Shown: in pieces, positions 1-14,697 of the stretch
Position numbering within the stretch: the first letter of the stretch is position 1
Layout: each line of letters opens with the position of its first letter
From: Amphiscolops sp. MND2022
Lineage: Eukaryota
Length of the DNA stretch: 64,000 nt
Assembly (NCBI GenBank): GCA_964187785.1
Contig: OZ076409.1
Span: 76,944,001-77,008,000 of the forward strand
Direction: 5' to 3'
Program-made: the position numbers and the translations under genes
Notes under the pieces: generated by a model
Database searches by the model: none
The model's input: the letters and a program-made list of their open reading frames with translations, nothing else
Told to the model about the DNA's origin: nothing

Positions 1-1454
1 TAGGCTTTTAAAGAAATGTTGAAGACTTTGGTTGAAAAATGGCTCAAAATTGACCGCAAAACGTCTAAATTTTCACCAATTTCTGTTAATATCAGTGCAA
101 TTTTATTTGAGGTTGAAAAATTTTGGCAAAATCAAAGCTTCGAAAAGCTCCAGGTGATGAAACTAGGTCCAAATCACGTTTTCCACAACGAATTTGATAT
201 GAATTAGTGAAGTAAGTTTCCTCAGAACGACCCAAAGTTTTACATTTCTAGGCAGTTTTTTGGACACAATTAGAGCTACTTCTTTGCTCATAATGGATTA
301 AAAAACTCAACAATGGCAAATGCTGGTATCCAATGGCCAATATTGAAGATATAGCTAAACATTTATGCCGAGTTACCCCAAAACCCATGAAACAACAAAA
401 AATCACCTTTTGGACAAATTAACCCCGTTTTCTACTCAAACTACGAAAGATTTTGACAAATAGAACTTCCATTGACATGAACGGCGAAACAATGGGGCAT
501 TTGAAACGCGATAAAGTGGAATGAAAATCATCGAGTTTTAACAAAAGTGTCGAATTTTCCAAACTTTCCTAATTTTCGACAACATAGTCCCATTTTGGGA
601 CACTTTCCGGAATCCTTCTTCAATCAGAAACACCATAGGCTCAGGGCTCAAACGTGTAGCTACCGGTACTGGTTCAAAAAGAAGTCAGACAAGTGTATTA
701 GCCCAACTTCCAAAAATTTTTCTTGAAAACGTAAATTTGGGCCTTATTTGTACAAAATTTAACATCAACAAGCTCCAAGCAATATATTTAGGTATGAATT
801 ACCACCTTCCAAAGTAAATTGTTTCGAGCTGTTTTGTGGGTTATAATATTTTGAACATTCAACAACAGGTAAACTCGGTGTCCGGTAAGCTTTTTTTGAG
901 AGACAACCGTAGAGTTATGTTAGAAAAGTTCCTCAAATTGACCCCAAAGTTGTCGAAAAAATTTCCAATTTTGACAGTTCCGGAAATACTTTGTGCAATA
1001 ATATAACAAACAGGCACCGTTCAAGTTTCCTAAACTTGCAAAAGACCTAGTTTCATACTTTTTCTGTTTTCTTTGTACCAAAAATTACCCCAAGAAATAC
1101 GTCTGAAACTCGGTAACTACTTTTCCTCAAACAGCAATCACAGAAAACCCTTTTTAAATTTTTTTTGGAAAATCCTATGATGGCGAAACACGTTTCAGCT
1201 CGCAAAACTACTTTTCCCAACCCGAAAACAAATTCCCAATCAATAAGAAAACTCATCAGTTCCACAGGATCAAAAGAGATTCGGGAAACCTATATACTTT
1301 CCAGAAATCCTCAAAAACTAAAAGTTTCGAAAAATGTTCTTCAAATTTATCAAAAATTTCTCTTCACTCGGTAAGTCGCATAGTGCCGCAAAAAACCACA
1401 AGTGGCCAGCTAGCGCAAAATACTAAATTAGGTGTTTCCTGTGAAAATGGGTAA

Positions 1455-1590
1455 AAAAGAATCAAAGCTTGCTTTTATTCGAACTTCTTTGCATTTTTAT
1501 AGTGCATTGGCTATTCTTGAGCCTCAAATTTATGTAGTTGTAGAACAGTTTGGGGCGGAAAATGTCTCGCTGTTCAGCAGGCGTCTTGTT
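1455..1590 (+). repeat. 3' end of a dispersed AT-rich repeat (possibly Helitron/Helentron-like); second copy at ~9430-9549
   Basis: GAGCCTCAAA..TATGT.GTTG.TAGAACAGTTTGG.CGGAAAAT...GCTG.TCAGC.GGCGTCTTGTT is shared with 9478-9549. It ends in a short hairpin followed by CTTGTT. Confidence 0.5.
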
Positions 1591-3849
1591 TTAACTTGGA
1601 TAAATTTTTGTTTAAAATTTTTCAGGCATCACATTCTTCTCTTTTTGTCTTCTCGTACGTGTTAAAAGTGATCATATCATTTGTTATCCTGGTTGCATTT
1701 TTTCTTATCATCTGGCCTTTTTTGTAGTTTTACTACGATGTTTGAAATTTTTTGGCAGTAATTACTTTTAATTCTCCTCCCTAACACAAATGCATCCCAA
1801 GCCGGAAGGGTGAGAACACGCTACAGATCTTCGCAACAGAGGACAACTTACAAGCTTAACCAAGAGAAATAAAACCAAGAATCGAATGACTTGTTTGATG
1901 ACAGAAATATTGAACAAACTTCAAAAATACAAAAGGTCTCGAATAATAAATTTACAGGAAAAATCCACAGACTCATTTTCGAATGATAAAGTGACTAAAA
2001 GGTACATGTATATAAAGGTATGTGAATATAAATAACGAGATTGTCGAATTTTCATTCCGTCTGAATGCATTGCTTGCTTTGTGGATAACAGACCTGACAA
2101 TTTAAATGGAGACAAAATAGCGAATTTGTAAAACGGGACTAAACTGTTGATTTTGAATATAGGACAAAAAGCCGATTTGAGATTACAAAAATAAGAAAAT
2201 GAAAAAATAAAAAGTTGCCTTCAACAATAAAAAAAGTCGTTAACGAACAGAGGCAAATTTCTATCAACCTTATTGATACACGCGTTCGAAAACATATTTT
2301 TTAGATTACAACTGACACCAAAAACATGGTTCCAGGAGTTATAAAATCGGAATAACCAAATTAAAGATCTCTCATTTGTTGTGCAAATTAGTTTTGAAAA
2401 CACCGCAAAAGTGAGCTCTTTAGTCCTATTTTCAGAATTGACGGTATTGAAACAATTGTCTCGTTTTACTATCAGATTTTCGTCCCACTCTCAACTGATT
2501 CAAAGCAAGTGATTCAAAACTTTTTTGACACCTCTAACGCTGAATATTTGACGCCAGCTGGACTACTCCACAATAAAGGGAAGCGTTCGTGGAAGGCTGC
2601 CCTTCTGACAGCTCGCTGTTTGTCGTTAAGTTTGGGATCAAGGCGTCACTTTGTTGATATTTCAGTGGCTGGTAATAATCCATGCAACAAAGGATTTCAT
2701 AAATGCTTCCTGTCTTTTTTCATTAACAGTTATTGCAGCCGGTTCATTGCGACTCAGATTTTAGACTATGATATTAATAATTGAAATGAAAAAATCGTCA
2801 TGAAAACTAAGAGGAAACGAAAAACTCATCACAAGAAAATTCAAAACAGAAAATTCATTACTATACAGAAACGCAACACATGAAAACTAATCACAGAACA
2901 AACAACACACTTCCGCGTCTAATTTCTAATTAGGTTCACTCTTCCGCTCATCATAATTGATAAAATTCACACATTAGAAATTACTCGGCAAGACTTCTTC
3001 ATTCAACTCATTTCCAAATTCGGATAATTCACGTTCATGCTCGATTATACCAATGCTTCAATTATCATGAAATCTGTAAAACATTCCAGAAACTACTAGT
3101 GCATTCATTTTATAATTTTATTCCCAATGACTATTGACTCTGATTCGACAACAAAAAATGAAGTGCATTTTTCAAAAAGAGAGCGCAGCAAACAAACTGC
3201 TATTAGATTAGGGTATATATACAACTTGCACACAACCAGAGCATTGAAACGAGACTGGTGCTGCAAAGAACTTTTTATATCCCAATGCCCTGCAAGAATT
3301 CCAACGAGCCGTTCACAACCACTGCAGCAAACCTGATGTAGCAAGAGCGCTTATTGCATATTCTTAATTGACACATTAAGCGATGAAAACTCCGAGCGAA
3401 GACCGGGGTCGAATAATGGTCAAATACTAAATAGAATTGAACGACGAAACACTTTTCGAATCCCCCCTCTAGATCACCAGAAGAAGCCACACTACAAAAA
3501 GATCAAGACGCCCGCTAAGCACCGGGATAATTTCCGCCTTCTTCGCCTTCACCAACTGAGCCAAAGCTATTCTGGGAGAGGGAATAGGATTTAAAGTATA
3601 AGATCTAAAATTTAGTGATTTCAGATCTTATTCCCTTTAGATATTATTCCCGTGCTGAAATTGTAGATCATGTTCCCTTTAGATTTTGTTCCCATTTTTG
3701 ACTTTAGATATTTATTATTCCCCCTATAAGCTGTTTTAGTTACTTCACTATTTTAGTAACTAAAATAGTCAAGTAACTATAGGTGAGGTCGAAAAAACTG
3801 GGAGGAGATTTGGCAGAATTTGGAAAAATTGGCAAAACGCACCACAGAT

Positions 3850-4310
3850 TACCCTAGTTGAGACTGCAGGAACTTTTTACATGCTGCAGGCCTGCTTGCA
3901 GGGTAATTGTTTATAAAACCTAGAAAGTTCAGGGTAATTCAGGTGGTAAATCTTGTAGAATTACACTGCATTTTCCACTACTGCAATTAAATTTGAAAAT
4001 AGATACAACATCATCACCGACACGACCTTATTGTATTTACAATTTGCTTTCTCAACTACTCATCTGATGTAATCACCGCGTCTCAAATAGGACGCTAAAC
4101 ATGACGGTATATTGCAGTTTATTAGGTGACTGAAGTAATTTTGCATTAAAATGGCTGTTAAACTGAGAGCAATTTATTTGCTTTTAGAATTAGAACTGCT
4201 TCTTAATGAAACCTGCAAAACTTCAAGGCGTAAAATTGCCGCCAAAACTTTGATGAATCTTTCAAGCAGCTTGATAAAAGTCGAATACAACAGGTAAGTA
4301 TTTTCTCATT
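3850..4310 (+). repeat. Dispersed repeat; inverted copy at ~23095-23595
   Basis: The reverse complement of 4181-4250 (TTTTGGCGGCAATTTTACG...GAAGTTTTGCAGGTTTCATTAAGAAGCAGTTCTAATT) aligns with 23200-23265. CCCTAG at the left end matches CTAGGG near 23590. Confidence 0.55.
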
Positions 4311-7300
4311 AAAGTTTCCGTAAGAGTTTTAGAAAATCATAATAAAAGTTGCTGGCAACATTAAAGTACATGCAAAAAGTTCAAGAAGTTTCAACAACGG
4401 TATGATTTTCCTCCCCACATTATATGTGGGCGGAAAATAAAAATTGGGAGGCAGGCCACACCTGGATCTTTTTTCAATTTGATTGGACTTTTGTGGGAAA
4501 ATGTGAGGTTTTCCCATAAAATGACCTCAACAGTCTTCGACAAAGCGACCATTTCAGCGTTTGAGCGATCTTTACCTCAATCAATGAGCGGTGGATGTTT
4601 TTTTTTCATCTATGCCTTTTTCAATACATTTCAGTTCTATTTCAGTGTTTTGTTTGCCGATAAACACCACTTTTCTCAGATTATTGTTTCATTTGGTAAT
4701 TCATTGTGCACGAAGTTTGTGAATTTTGAAATGAATAAGTTATGCCTACAAATCACTGAGAATTTCAATCCTAATGTCTAGTTTTCGGTGTTGAGGTTTC
4801 ACGTATTGAATTTTCTGTGTTGAATTCTCTTTTCCACAAAGAAACACCTTGTGCTGAGTTTTTTGGTAATCGAACTTATATGGACGGAAACATTTTTTTG
4901 AAAAAAATTTGTCATCCAAACTTCACTGAGGTTCGATTAACAGCAATAGTTGAATTTCGTACCTGTGAAAAAAAACTGCAATTCAAAAAAGTTTAGGGGG
5001 AATATCCAGTTTCGAAGGCAATGAATGGATTGTCCCGAAAAACATGATTCACTCTCGAAATCTTTTATTTATCAATTATTTCAAAAAGCGCTATGATATG
5101 CACGAGGTCTATACGAGCTCTTTAATTTGAATTTTTTTTCTAAAATCATGATCGAAATTCAAACAGTCTTTTGTAACGATTAATATGCTGGAAAATCCAA
5201 TCCCAAATCGACGCTAAAGCCTCGAAAGTTTCATTAGTCGAATTAGCTCAGGAGTTTTTTTTCAAAAATGTCCAGGAGTAAACCTTGGGGCTCTTTCCAA
5301 TTCCATATGTTTGCAAAAAAAATCATTTTTAGGAAGAAATAGCTGAGTGTCAAAAAACTTCCAATTTAGACAGTTTCACCGTTTAGGGTTTCATTAGTAA
5401 GTTCAAATAAATAGATTGTTGTAACCGGTGTACCAGTTAGTATATTTCGTTTCAGAAATACAAAAACGAAAGTAATATCGAGCTCATGACCTGCTACCTA
5501 GCAGCTTGAGGAAGTACTCAGACTGTTTTGCAAAATTAAAACAGGCAATTTGACAATTTTTTATATTGGAACGAGTAAAATCGAGATGTCCTAAAAACAA
5601 GTCTCATTTATTGTCAATTTTCTGAAAAATGTTGGCTAAAAATCACTGATGACGACTTGAGTGTGAGTGCCAAAGTTTCGGTCATTCTTCCTTTTTTCTC
5701 ACAAATTCCACTAAAACAATCACAAATTGTACCAGAACTGTCAAAAAGTTGAAAAGGCTTCCTTGGCTTTTGGGTGTTTTTTGAGCAACTTTCAGCGATG
5801 TTGTTTTCAAAAATGAAAACATTGAGTACATCTGCAGAAAATGCTACCTTTCTTACTTCGCGAAAGTTATATTCTATTAAAGAAACTTTCTCATTATCGA
5901 TTAAAAATGGAACGCGTCAACAAAGTTAGTAAAAATTCATTTCTTACATAAGAAATATGAGGACGAAAAAGCAACCATGACATTGGGTTTAACTTTTTGA
6001 ATATCTCAAAAGTCATCGAGTGAAGTAACTCAAAAGTTCCAATTGAAGATGAAATGTTCATCAAAAACTGTCAATGGAAAAGTTGCTAATCGACACTTGT
6101 TCTATCTTTTTTTTGAAGAAGCAAAAGTTTGCTGCACCAATTTACTTCGAACACTCTCGGCGATGCGGCCCCAAAGTTAAGTGTTTCACAAGTTTTTTTT
6201 TAAATACCGAAAAGTAGACAAGCCGAAACTGACAGCAATTTATTCCTGTTAATCAACGTTTGTCCACGAGAAAATTGAGACTTGACTCTTGAGACTATTG
6301 AGACTTTCATTCGGTCATTGGTTTTGTCTCGTTGGAAAACGCTGCAAAAAATAGCTGCAGCAAATACAATACAACACCATCAAATTGCACAAGAAGCGAC
6401 AGAATTTTTTTTACAAAGGATGCAGTTAGGTAAAAATATCAGGGAAAGCAAAACACTCGAAGACGAATACGACTTCAAACAAATTGTAATATAACGAATA
6501 TGAAACACTCCCAAACACATTTGACTATTCGATGAGAAATGCTTTCTCGAAATCAGGTAGAAGCATGTTAGAAACAAAATTTTTTCACCAATTTAGGCGC
6601 TCGGATCTTTTCATCTTTTTACTTTCGGTGTTCTAGACTTTAAACGACTGTTCTCAGTAACGATCTTTCTCACAAATGAGCTCTCAATGCCCATTCGTAT
6701 CTCAGTTGAAGTTTTCGGTGGTTGCACTTTCACTTTCAAATTTCTTTCGGACGCGTTACTTTTGAGAGACATAATATACTCGTTTTCCCCTTAGCATTGT
6801 ATCAAAGTTATCCTATTTTTTTTCTGACTCGGGTTTTTATTTGTTCAATGTGCACGCGCGTTTCCATCTTTTTTCTCAAAAGAAGCGTTGACGTTTGGGT
6901 GACCTATATTTTTGGGTTTTCCTCAAGTTTCCATTATCTTTTGACACAGTTCGTAAATTTGATTGAGGTGTTTATCATTACGATAACAGAATCCATGCAA
7001 CATTTCATTTCAGCATCGTAGGTTTCCCACGTTGAGTTAGACGTTGTTACCAAGTTTGTGTTTAGGGTTTTCTGGTTTTATGTCTATTTAACGTCACAAA
7101 GTGGAAAACCTTCGCGAAATCGACGTCAAAAGATTCAATCGAGATGTAAAAATTATGCCCGGGATTTCATCCCAGAGCAATTCCTTGCATTTCTAGTTGG
7201 GATTTTTTACTAACTTCCAGCTTCGATAACTAAGGTCAGTGTAGGTGTACTAATTGACCCCAGAATGACCCACAAATAACGAAACCGGCAAAATTTTATT

Positions 7301-9429
7301 GCAATTTTTGTCAAATTTTAGATTGTTTTCGAGGCTTAGAGTGTTGACAACGTTCAAAAGGGAAACAAATTTGTTGTCCAAGAGGATTTTTTGAAGAAAT
7401 AAATGCAATTTTGTGAAAAAAACTGCCTCAAAATCAGTCCGAAATTTTTAAAAAACTCCTAAAACTTTCTAAAAACTTGGAGACTCAGAAGGTTGAAAAC
7501 GTTCAACAAGAAAAAATATGTTATCCGTTAAATTTTTGCGAAGAAAGAGGTTTAAACTGCTATCGGAAATGACAAAAACTCCAAAAATTAACGGTTTCTC
7601 ACTCTTTTATGCAACGTTTGTCAAATTTTTGAGAGAATTTGTGGATCAAAACGTTGAAAACGTTTAAAAACGAAACCATTCATTGTCCGATAGAGTTGCT
7701 CGGAGAGATAAATACAGTTTTGGAAGAAAAAAAATGTAAGAACCCAAAAAAGTTTTAAAAACTTAATTTTTGATTTTCTGACGCAATTTTTGTGAATTTT
7801 TTCATGGATTAGAACTCTGAAACTAATCAACAACAATTAAATTGGTTGTCCAGTAGGCTTTATGAAGAGATAAAGGCAGTTTAATAATGAAAATGTTTTG
7901 ATATAATACCAAAACTGTCAAAAAGTCCAAAAACTTCTGATTTATTTAGCTTTTGTTGGAAGGTGAGTGAAATTTATGGGCGTTTTTGTGAGCAAAAAAG
8001 TTCAAAACAACCAAAGGCGAAGCAATTAGGTATGTGGTTTCTTTTTTTGATGAGAAAATCAAAGTCTTTTATATATCAGAAACACTTCAAAACGACCCCA
8101 GTTAGTCAAAATGGTAAAATTGCAATTTTTATACGTTTTTGTGCAAAGTCTGTCAAACTTTCGAAACGTTTCGAGGGTTACAATTATAAAGTGGATCAAC
8201 AACGATTGCAGTGGATATCCAATTGGCTTTTAGGGCACGTATTTGCTGATTTGTGTTTGCAAAATTTCTCAAAATGACCCAAAAAAAGTCTGAAAGTTCG
8301 TGATTTTTCGATTTTCAACAATTTGAGTGATCCCAAAATTTTCCATAGACCAATTTTTATGGTAATTTCAAAAATTGTGTTCGTTAGGAAAATGAAAACA
8401 TTCAACCGCAAACAAACGCAAAAAAGAGTAGACTTTTCGAAAATCAATTTCAGTGTCTTATTCGAAAAGAACCTTAAAATGACCCCAAAACAGCCCAAAA
8501 GTCCAAGTTTCTACAATTTTTGACTCTTTTAACGTACTTTTTTCAAGAATTGCGAAAGATCTTCCAATTAGGAATTTTGAAAAATTTCACCAACTTCTGA
8601 ATAAAGTATCCATGAGCTTTTTGAAAAAATAAACTATAGTCATCCGTAGAAATATGCCTCAATTTAACCCCAACATATCGAAAACCTGAAGTGTTCCAAT
8701 TTTTCGTTGTTCCTACATTTTGTGTACACTTTTTGAAGCCTTTTGTGGCTAAGGATGAGATCCAAACTCTCAAAAACGAACAAACTAGCTATGCAGTATG
8801 CAATATCGAAGAGAGTTGCAGTGGGGTACTTCACAAATACTTCAAAGTAGCCCTGATGAGTCGGAATATGAAAAAATCCAAATCCACTTTTTAGTAGTCA
8901 ATGTTTCCTAATTTCTTGAGACTTTTCTATCGATAGAAGTTAAACAGCGAACAAACGCGTTATCCGGTAGGCTTTTTGATGGTGAATTGCAGCTTCATGT
9001 AAGAAAAGAGCCTTCATATTAGAAATGATTTCGAAATTGCCGAAAAAATCCAGTTTTGGCAGTTATGTGACAATTTAATATTTTTTAAACAAAAAGTAAT
9101 CAAAATTTCGTAAAATTCGAAAACACCAAACTATTTAAATAGGCATGCAGAATATTCTTGCAAAATATGCTTGAACCATGTGTCCAAAATCTGTTTCTGA
9201 AAAGACATCTGCAGTTTCCCGGAAAAATGCCTCCAATTACCGCAAAGTTGTCAAAAAACCAAAGTTTTCCATTTTTGACGTTTTCATTGACTTTTTGTGC
9301 AGAACTTTAAAAAATTGGTTGGTAAGGTTTTGGTATCCACACAGGTCGACAAAAAACAACTAGGTATTCAGTGTGGCCTTGAAGTGTTTCTTTCTGAAAT
9401 GGGATGACTTAATCAAAAAGTGTCAAAAC

Positions 9430-9549
9430 TTTTTTATCAAACTTCTATGCTTTTTCATAATGCAATGGCTACTCTTGAGCCTCAAAAATATGTGGTTGCT
9501 AGAACAGTTTGGACGGAAAATATCCTGCTGGTCAGCGGGCGTCTTGTTC
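9430..9549 (+). repeat. 3' end of dispersed AT-rich repeat, same family as 1455-1590
   Basis: Sequence similarity to 1455-1590; hairpin CCTGCTG-GT-CAGCGGG followed by CGTCTTGTT. Confidence 0.5.
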
Positions 9550-11156
9550 TATTCTAATTAAAAGAGTAAAAGGCCTACCCGTGAAGACATGATTACCTCT
9601 GACCCCCTTTTGATTGCAACATTCCACTCTTGCGAAGTCTGGAATTGTCTTAACTGGAACGACTGTGATCCCATTAGAGAACGAGGCTGCTGTTGCTCAA
9701 AAGACATTGTTCCATAACACGCTTCAAAATGTGTCACAACTGGCACGACCTTTTTTTCCTAGTTTTGTGTCTTGCACAAAAAATCAAAGCGACGGGAACG
9801 TTTCAAACGCTTATGCTCAGAAACCCAAACTGTTTCCATGGAAATTCTGAATAGTCTCAAAATTGCAAAAAAAACATCTTACGGGGAAGCTCTTCGGGCT
9901 CATAGATTTGAGTAATTTAGATAAAAATGTAAAAGTGAAATGGGGTTCCTCAGGTTTTTTTAGGCTACCTTTTAGGTTATTTAGGATTTTAGCGTAAGGT
10001 CTGTAAAAAGTGGATAATGCAACGTGGTCTCCGAAGTCTTCAAAAAGCTTTTAAAAGCAAAAACTGCTGACTGTATGTATTGTCGGTCTGGTTATTTCTC
10101 AAAAATGATCCCAATGAATCAATGAAAATCAAAATATGTTTAAAAAGATATTGACTTTTGGTAATTGAACTTTCGGGCTCATAAAGACAGCTTCTTGTGC
10201 GTAATTGCGTAATTGCAATGTCAAAAGAAAATGTGACAAATGTTCTGAAAAGGATGTCGACAAAAATTGATTGCAAAGAGAAATGATAACGGCCTGACAA
10301 ATTATACTGAGCAGGTGGAGGCAAGTCATTACTATAGGTTACGACAATGTGTTGATTTCGATAGACGTTTTTGAGGGATCAGATATTGCATATAACAATC
10401 TACAGTATATACAAAGATTGTCTGGTTGTCAGTTTTCTTTCAACATAATTAATGAAAATTTGACTTTCATCTACTTTGTTTTTTGCAAGGTTTGCTTCCC
10501 AATTACACACATGATCGATTCTAGTCTGTTGAAAAAGTCTCCAAGGTCATGACCTTTTTGTTATGGGATTGTGTAAAATTAAATCCGGTGTAGACAATTT
10601 GACAGACGATAGATCAACGGATTCTAGATACTGAACACAGTTAGCGCTCTATAGATACGCAGAGGATCCAAAATTTCCAAAATTTTTCACTTGATGCATC
10701 TTGCAAAAATCATTATCAGGTTTTCTATCTACGGAGAAATTTGCACCAGGGTAAAAAATGTACATTGGGAAATTGAAAACGTTCACAAGCTTAAAAAGTT
10801 TTTATCCAATTCACTCCTTTCGAATCGCAAAGTATCAGATAGAGAGTGCCAAAAATTTTTGGATGATATTTAGTGTTTCCAAGATTTTTCTATATTGCTT
10901 CGGGGTGTTTAACCCGTTCCTTACATGTGCACACAAAAATGACATTTGGTTTATACATATTTGAATAAAATACCTGTCGGATCAAACTTTTAATCAGCTC
11001 TTCTTGTCGGCAAGATAGATCATAGATCTTACTATAGTTAAGACTTTCTTTTCAGAACTCACGAGATCTGATTGGTTTTTAAAAATTCACGCAAAAGGTT
11101 CTAAAGTGTTTATCTATTTTTCTTATGGAAGCCGAAAAAGCATGACGGTTTCCTTG

Positions 11157-11283
11157 AGGGACTTTTTCGGCACAACGAGATCACTTGCATTTAAGGAAAA
11201 ACAACGCTTGAGGTAATTTGAAGGACTTCAATCATCTCTAGCTCGGAATGAGGCGCCGATTTGAGCCATTCCTGGGTTGTTGT
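11157..11283 (+). mobile_element. 3' fragment of Helentron/DINE-like non-autonomous element
   Basis: GGCGCCGATTTGAGCCATTCCTGGGTTGTT is a degenerate version of the family 3' end seen at 15526-15554 and 21574-21604. Confidence 0.45.
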
Positions 11284-13902
11284 TCGTGCCCGATGATTTT
11301 GTTGAGTGGAAAGTAACAAAATCAAAAGTAATCAAAAGTTTATAATGACTATTGCTCAATTTGAAGAATTGAATTGTTATATCCCCGGACGTTTAAGCTC
11401 TGCTTATTCCATTAAAAACATTCCATGTTGAAAAAAACATGAGAAAGTCAATGACTTTTTGAATGCATCAAGTCAGCCCGCTCAAAGCTCAGAAAATCCG
11501 AAGTAGTTCAAGTCGTTAGGGTGTTTTTGACAAAAAATGTGCCGAAAACTTTTCGAAATGAGAACCTTCTGGACTTTGAAAAACTTTTCTCGGAAAAATA
11601 CAAAGCCAGAGCCCTTTGGCATAACAAAAACTTTCCAAAATTAATCACACTGTGCCAAAACAAACGCACATATACAATCCTTAATTCATTAATAATGTCA
11701 AAAAAGTGAAATCGAAGCCATTTCAATTTTTGGTTCCCTTTAAATCTTAGGCTTGTAGAACTTTTCATAATTTTATTGGTTACTTTGGTCCGATTGAAAA
11801 AACTGTGAAAAGCCATGGCACTGCAATACTCGTGTTTTATTGCATAAAGCGCTGACTAATAAACAGAGATACGTATTTGAAGTGTCCAATGAACAACGAG
11901 ACCAATAGTTCCTCATGATGAATTTAACAGATAAGTCTCGTTATTCATAGGAAACTCCAACTGCCATTGATCCTTTCGAAAGAGATAGTAATTTACATGC
12001 AAAACTATACGACGCGCCCTAACTAGAAATCACACCAGTAGTGCTCCAATCTAAAGAAAAACAATATATCTATAAATTTATCGATATAAAAATAGTACAA
12101 ATCAAAATCAACTCAAGTTTCATTTAAACATTCCTGCCGAGGACATAATCGGAGATCATTTCTGTTGAAGATGCCTATGAGTGAAGCACCCGCCCCCAAA
12201 CTGCGATGACGTGCCATATCTATAAAGGGTACTCGAGCGGATGAACGAAACCCTTGTATTGTCATATTTCATCTTCATAAGATGAGACCTTACACTACTT
12301 ACGTCACCAATTTGCGATACAATACATACAAAAACAGCGCTTGCAGCCAAAGTATTCTTTTTTTTTCGAGTTTCAAATAGAATTCAGTCAGCATAAAAAT
12401 GGCTTGCAGCTTCCACAGTGTCTCATGGGAATAATAATTAGCAGGTTAATGCCACCAGATGAAAGAAGACAACTCTAGTATGTTAGCATTTTCTAGGTTA
12501 AACATCCTATTTGTGTATTTCGAGGCTGTCTATTTCAATACGTGCTGTCAAATAGGGCTATTTCTGAATCAAGCGTTTTTTGACCTTGATTGAAAATTTA
12601 CCATAATAATGATTGCTTGAAAATTTTTTACCGTTGCAGAAGTGAATCGACGACGGAATGAATAACCCCCAAAATCCATTAAAAAATTTATATTGAAATT
12701 ATTACAATATAGGTTATAGTCAAACATGCAAAACGTGTTTCATATTTTTTCGTGACAACTTAGGGCTCATTTATAATAAGCGTCTGGAACATTTTAACTC
12801 ATGCATCAATGCGCCCGAGTTTCATATGTAACAAGTGAGTTTTGTTTACAAATATTTTTCACGTTTCATATTTTTACCGTACTTGCCAAGGTTTTGATTG
12901 GAAGAATTGTTTCGAAGATCTTCTGACGCAAGGATCTTCGAAAAACTCCAATTCCACAGTCACATAAAAAATGATTTCACAAAAATCATTCTTTGAAAAT
13001 TGAACCATCTTTCGTTAAAACAAAAAAATCTTTTTTAGTTGAAGTTGACCTCTGATCGAAATTTGGTGAGTGTGAAATGCACACATTGAGACAATTCTTT
13101 TGGTGACAGAACTTTTCGAATGGCATTGAAACATTCTGTTTCAATATTGTACGAACACTTGTTGTCCAAAGAGAACAAAATCGGACATTAATTTTCTGTT
13201 CTAGTGAAATTACGGCAAGAAATTGAAGGAAATCCCTAATCACAACATTGACATCAAAAAGATGCATTGATGGCGTCGTCTTTATTCAAGATTAACTCAG
13301 ATTAATTTCTTGAAATGGAAAAAAACACTCGCTTCAACTTTTGAGTAGTGTTCATGAATTTAATTTCAAAAAGTCGATAACTTGAAGTCACCTTTATTCA
13401 TGGAGTAAATTCCGTTCTTACAAAAAGAAACTATCATTAGCTTAGGAGTAAAAATTGATCAAGAGATACTCGACCGTATTGTTGTCGTCTAACGTTTTTG
13501 ATTTTTGTTGAATCGAATCAGCGAAAATTTTTCGCATAAATCGGGACTTTAAACTTCTTTCCTTTTATCTAGCGTCCAGTAGAATTTGATAGAATACTTA
13601 TAACAAAAACTTTGAGACCCTCTGTAGGGACGACTGTTGGGCTCTGTTGATAGAGTATTTAAACCGTTCCCTTCTCTGATATTCGAAGAAAATTTTTCGG
13701 TAAGCATATCTATGTATCATACTTTTTAGGATGGAAACGTAATGGAAAGAAGCCTCACAATGACACCAAGAGTCCAAAAAAAGTTCAAAAATTTCAATTT
13801 TGAAATTTCAGCGGCTAGTTTGAGGTGTTTTAGGATTTTTGTAGGCTAAATATTCTAGAGAAAAACAGACAAACAAAACAATTATCCAGTACGTGTCGAA
13901 GG

Positions 13903-14267
13903 AAATTCAATTCTATAACTGCAGAAGGTAAACGCTGAACAGTTCTGCTTCTGTAAGTCGGACGTTTCTGGGCACTCTCTCCCCATATCAGTCTGCGTTT
14001 TTATTTTTCCAATCAAGTGGACACTTCAGCTCGTGTATATATCGAGCATCTTTCACGTTATTTTTTTCGTCGTTTTTAAATTTTTTTCTCTTCGAAGAAA
14101 AAAAAACATGAAAGATGCTCTGTACTTTCGATTCCACGAGCTAAAGTGTCCACTTGATTGAAAAAAAAATCAGACTGCAATGGGGAGGAAGTGCCTAGAA
14201 ACGTCCGACTTAGAGAAGCAAAACTGCCTATTCAGCGTTCACGTTTTGCAGTTAAAGAATTGAATTT
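13903..14267. repeat. Long imperfect inverted repeat (foldback/MITE-like palindrome, ~365 bp)
   Basis: Arms pair across the whole length: AATTCAATTCT/AGAATTGAATT, TAAGTCGGACGTTTCT/AGAAACGTCCGACTTA, CAATCAAGTGGACACTT/AAGTGTCCACTTGATTG, GAGCATCTTTCA/TGAAAGATGCTC. Confidence 0.85.
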
Positions 14268-14488
14268 TCTACAACGTTTCCTTATTTGCTGAAGATGAGT
14301 GCTTAAGGTGAGGATATTTTGGCGTTTTGCTTAATTTGTACGAAATGACGACCCACTGGCTCATTCGAATGACATTTTCTATATGCATTGCTGGATTCAG
14401 TTCTAAAGGAAATCGCAAAGTCTCAATGAATGCTCGGGGTGGCTTTTGGGAAACTTTCAAAGGAGTAAAATTCTTCGAAAGCATAACC

Positions 14489-14697
14489 TGTTGCCACGAA
14501 AATCGTTTTTCTCCTTATGAAAGCATCAAAAAAACTGTTTACTTTCGTCACCTTTTGTAGCACTAAGCTGATGCTTCTCCTGCACTTATGTGGCAGGGAC
14601 AGGTATTTAAACAAGAATGATAATAATAACAAAACACCAATAGAATGAAAGCGTAGACTATTTAGTTTATACAGTCTGAGTTCGTAAGTCCTTTACA
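14489..14697 (-). repeat. 3' LTR of element C
   Basis: Similar to 20840-21053. Preceded on the minus strand by the polypurine tract AAAGGGGGAA (14698-14707). Left boundary is less certain. Confidence 0.8.

Noticed and set aside
3560..3730. Purine tract GGGAGAGGGGAA followed by TATTCCC/TTTAGAT micro-repeats, like a PPT-LTR junction
   Set aside because: No TG start, no partner LTR and no recognisable pol upstream.
1..13900. Many 60-100 aa ORFs in the track
   Set aside because: F/K/L-rich translations of AT-rich repeat DNA, mostly with non-ATG starts and no recognisable motifs.
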